Below, piece after piece: positions 24,998 through 27,662 of a DNA stretch of 27,662 bases. Both the position numbers and the translations under genes were made by a program. The notes beneath the pieces were generated by a model. It was not told where the DNA came from. It ran no database searches and saw only the letters and a program-made list of their open reading frames with translations. Within the stretch, counting starts at the first letter, position 1. The number at the start of each line of letters is the position of its first letter. This stretch comes from Thermodesulfobacteriota bacterium (lineage in GTDB: Bacteria; Desulfobacterota; Desulfobulbia; Desulfobulbales; SURF-16): positions 1 to 27,662 of the forward strand of contig JBDLIE010000033.1 in NCBI GenBank assembly GCA_039715015.1. Direction: 5' to 3'.

Positions 24998-26203
24998 ATG
25001 ACAGAAGAAACAGGTAGCTTTGCGGATATGTTTGAGTCTTCCCATGTTGAGACCAGCAAACTTGAGCCGGGCCAGAAGGCGGAGGCTGAAGTTGTCCGGG
25101 TCGAAAAAGAATGGGTCTTTCTTGACATCGGCGGCAAAAGTGAAGGTGCTTTGGCCTGTTCAGAAATCCTTGATGACGACGGCCAACCCACCTTAAAGGA
25201 AGGCGACACCATCACCGCCTATTTCCTCTCTGCCGATCAAGGCCAGATGCTCTTTACTACTAAAATGAGTGGGGCAGCGGCCCTGGCCCATCTCGAAGAG
25301 GTCTATAAGGGCGGCATCCCCATTGATGGCGAGATCACCAAAGAAATCAAGGGCGGCTTTGATGTCAAAATAGCCGGGAGCAGCAGGGGGTTTTGCCCTT
25401 ATTCCCAGATCGCCCTGCGCCGGGTCAGTGATTCCAGCCAGTTCGTCGGTCAGGTCCTGCCTTTTGTGATTATTGAATATAAGGAAAATGGCCGTAATAT
25501 CATTCTGTCCCGTCGCGCTCTCCTAGAAGAAGAGCAGGAGGAAAAGAAAGAGGCCCTGAAGGAGAAACTGCAGGTGGGCGATATTGTCACCGGCACCATC
25601 ACCTCCATCCAGAATTTTGGAGCTTTTGTCGATATTGGCGGTATCGAAGGCCTTATTCCTGTTTCGGAAATCAGCTGGGGTAGGGTTGCCGACATCAGGG
25701 CCACCCTGGAAGAGGGCCAGAGTGTTGAGGTCTCGGTGATGAAGCTTGACTGGAAGGCCAACCGTTTTTCCTTTAGCCTGAAGGCCACCCTTGCAGACCC
25801 TTGGGAGAGTGTTGAATCACAATTTAAGGAAGGCCAGTGTCTCACCGGTGTTGTGGTTCGCATTGCCGATTTCGGCGCCTTTGTTAATCTGGCGCCTGGC
25901 ATTGACGGCCTGGTTCATATCTCCAACTTGGGAGCTGGCCGCCGGATTAATCATCCCCGTGAGGTGGTTGGCGATGGTCAGGAACTTGAAATCCGTATTG
26001 ATCAGATAGATGCGGAAAATAAGAGGATCTCTCTGTCCATTCCTGAGATGGAACGCAAGAGGGAGGAGATCATAAATAAGAAACGGGCTGCAAAGCAAAA
26101 AGAGCCTGATCTTCGTGAAGAGTTTGATCGCTTCAGTAAGGATAAGAAGGAGCCGGGTGGTGGTATGGGAACCTTTGCTGATTTGCTTAAAGGCAAGAAG
26201 TAG
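24998..26203 (+). CDS. rpsA: 30S ribosomal protein S1-like protein (four S1 domains)
   Basis: DIGGKSEG, GFCPYSQ, NIILSRR, FGAFVDIGGIEGLIPVSEISW, FGAFVNLAPGIDGLVHIS, C-terminal GTFADLL. ATG 24998 is better spaced from the GAGGA RBS than 24992. Confidence 0.92.
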   Translation: MTEETGSFADMFESSHVETSKLEPGQKAEAEVVRVEKEWVFLDIGGKSEGALACSEILDDDGQPTLKEGDTITAYFLSADQGQMLFTTKMSGAAALAHLEEVYKGGIPIDGEITKEIKGGFDVKIAGSSRGFCPYSQIALRRVSDSSQFVGQVLPFVIIEYKENGRNIILSRRALLEEEQEEKKEALKEKLQVGDIVTGTITSIQNFGAFVDIGGIEGLIPVSEISWGRVADIRATLEEGQSVEVSVMKLDWKANRFSFSLKATLADPWESVESQFKEGQCLTGVVVRIADFGAFVNLAPGIDGLVHISNLGAGRRINHPREVVGDGQELEIRIDQIDAENKRISLSIPEMERKREEIINKKRAAKQKEPDLREEFDRFSKDKKEPGGGMGTFADLLKGKK

Positions 26204-26396
26204 CAACGGATTGTCTAAAATGTAGTTTTAAGGCCTGAACGAACAGTTTTGGTGATGAGGTATTATCAAATCTGATGACATTCACAGTAGCAACCTTCAC
26301 CTGAGGTCGGTTTGATAAAATCAGGTCTTGGATGTGGCAATGGGCTTGTTATGTCAACCCCCAAAAACAGACATATGAGGAGATAGAAAGCAAATC

Positions 26397-27581
26397 ATGA
26401 GTGAATTGAACGAGGAAGAGGCGCCCGAGAAACTGGACACCATTGATTTTCGCACATTGGCATGGAACACCGAACTCGGTAATAACGTTAATTCTCTAGA
26501 AAAACTCAAGCTCTATTTTTCTCTGACCGAAGAGGAAGAACTCTCCATGCAAGAGGTGTTGGATAATCATCCCATGAATATCCCGCGCTACTACCTCAGT
26601 CTCATTGACCCAAGCGACCCCAACGACCCCATTCGCAAGCTGGCAATTCCCACCGCCGAGGAGTTGGTTGTCGCTGGTCAGATGGGCGAAACCACTGGAG
26701 ATCCTTACGGTGACGATAAACACAATAAGGGCAACGGCATCCTCCACAAGTATCCTTACTCAGCCTTGGTCGTGGCCACCGAATACTGTTCAATGTACTG
26801 CCGCCACTGCTTCCGCAAGCGCCTGGTGGGCCTGCCCAACGACAAGACCGTCGAGAACTTCCAGAATGCCGCCAAATACATTGCCGAACACAAGGAAATC
26901 ACCAATGTGATTATTTCCGGTGGTGATCCCATGATGCTGCCCACCAGGGTCATCGCTCAGATGCTGGATGCCTTAAAGGATATCGACCATCTGAACTATG
27001 TCCGCATCGGAACCCGTACTCCCGTTGTCTATCCCCTGCGTTATTTTGATGATGAGTTGATCAAAGTACTGGGCGATTTCAACCAGCACAAAACTCTCTT
27101 CATACCAACCCACTTTAACCATGTGAATGAAATCACCGACCTGTCCAAAGAGGCGGTGATGCGCATCCGTAATGCCGGTATCACCGTTAACAATCAAGCC
27201 GTGTTTCTCAAGGGGGTCAATGACAGCGTCGAGGACCTTAAAGACCTGATGAACGGACTCACCAGGATCGGCGTGAACCCCTACTATCTGTATCAGTGCA
27301 TGCCCGTTTCCCGTGTACGCCATCACTTTCAGGTGCCCCTGAAGCGCGGCGTGGACATTGTCTCCGAAGCCAAGCGTCAGTTGGACGGATACGCCAAGCG
27401 TTTCAAGTTCATCATGGGCCATGACATCGGCAAAATTGAGATCTGCGGACGTAAGGATGATATTCTGGTGATGAGCCAGATCCACGCTCGCCCCGAACAT
27501 CCCGAAGAGGCATCCCGTATTCTGATGGGCCATCTGACGGAAAACGCCGGTTGGCTCGAAGACCTTGACCTGATGGAATAA
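26397..27581 (+). CDS. KamA-family radical SAM/PLP aminomutase-like protein (substrate uncertain)
   Basis: YYLSLID...DPIRK, HKYP, CSMYCRHCFRKR, SGGDP, RIGTR, THFNH, NQAVFLKGVND, PYYLYQC. GAGGAG RBS. Confidence 0.92.
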   Translation: MSELNEEEAPEKLDTIDFRTLAWNTELGNNVNSLEKLKLYFSLTEEEELSMQEVLDNHPMNIPRYYLSLIDPSDPNDPIRKLAIPTAEELVVAGQMGETTGDPYGDDKHNKGNGILHKYPYSALVVATEYCSMYCRHCFRKRLVGLPNDKTVENFQNAAKYIAEHKEITNVIISGGDPMMLPTRVIAQMLDALKDIDHLNYVRIGTRTPVVYPLRYFDDELIKVLGDFNQHKTLFIPTHFNHVNEITDLSKEAVMRIRNAGITVNNQAVFLKGVNDSVEDLKDLMNGLTRIGVNPYYLYQCMPVSRVRHHFQVPLKRGVDIVSEAKRQLDGYAKRFKFIMGHDIGKIEICGRKDDILVMSQIHARPEHPEEASRILMGHLTENAGWLEDLDLME

Positions 27582-27588
27582 GAGCGTT

Positions 27589-27611
27589 TCCACATCTTAT
27601 CGAGATGTGGA
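27589..27611 (+). terminator. Stem-loop after the KamA gene (weak terminator or stability hairpin)
   Basis: TCCACATCT-TATCG-AGATGTGGA, 9-bp stem with no proper U-tract. Confidence 0.35.
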
Positions 27612-27662
27612 TTGGCAAGATCATGTTTTGGAAATTTGATTGAGGTGTAGATGTTTCCTGAG

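Noticed and set aside
26973..27593. 206-aa antisense ORF (also the 192-aa ORF opposite proS and similar)
   Set aside because: Shadow frames of well-conserved genes caused by codon bias.
1..27662. CRISPR array, prophage, integrase/transposase, defence system, selenocysteine recoding
   Set aside because: No regularly spaced repeats, no such ORFs, and no motif-interrupting TGA seen. The cytochrome's terminal Cys is TGT.

Overview
A 27.7-kb, gene-dense chromosomal window made up mostly of housekeeping genes. Gene content (triheme c7-type cytochrome with System II ResB/CcsA biogenesis, MucR, HDOD and REC-GGDEF proteins, short 4-domain S1) suggests a sulfur-cycling deltaproteobacterium (Desulfobacterota, Desulfobulbales-like). 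That assignment is inference, not a database result. Order: probable acpS 3' end, nnr, pabB-pabC fusion, CBS-ACT, PBP1A, c7 cytochrome/ccsA/resB, rpmB, small Zn-finger ORF/rel/proS/ispG, DUF2065, queA, FmdB Zn ribbon, small protein/HDOD/REC-GGDEF, mucR, murI, lolA, cobU, cobD, metallophosphoesterase, rpsA-like, KamA-family radical SAM. No rRNA, tRNA, CRISPR array, integrase or transposase was seen. Most notable observations: (1) two non-coding MITE-like elements (130 and 233 bp) sharing ISL3-like ends, each with a target-site duplication and each inserted in the T-tract of an intrinsic terminator; (2) a full-length Rel enzyme with an eroded hydrolase site but an RxKD-type synthetase; (3) a triheme cytochrome with a Lys-rich tail ending in a free EGC cysteine; (4) a 58-aa CxxCxGxG Zn-finger ORF missed by the ORF track; (5) a KamA homologue lacking the acidic residues that bind lysine.
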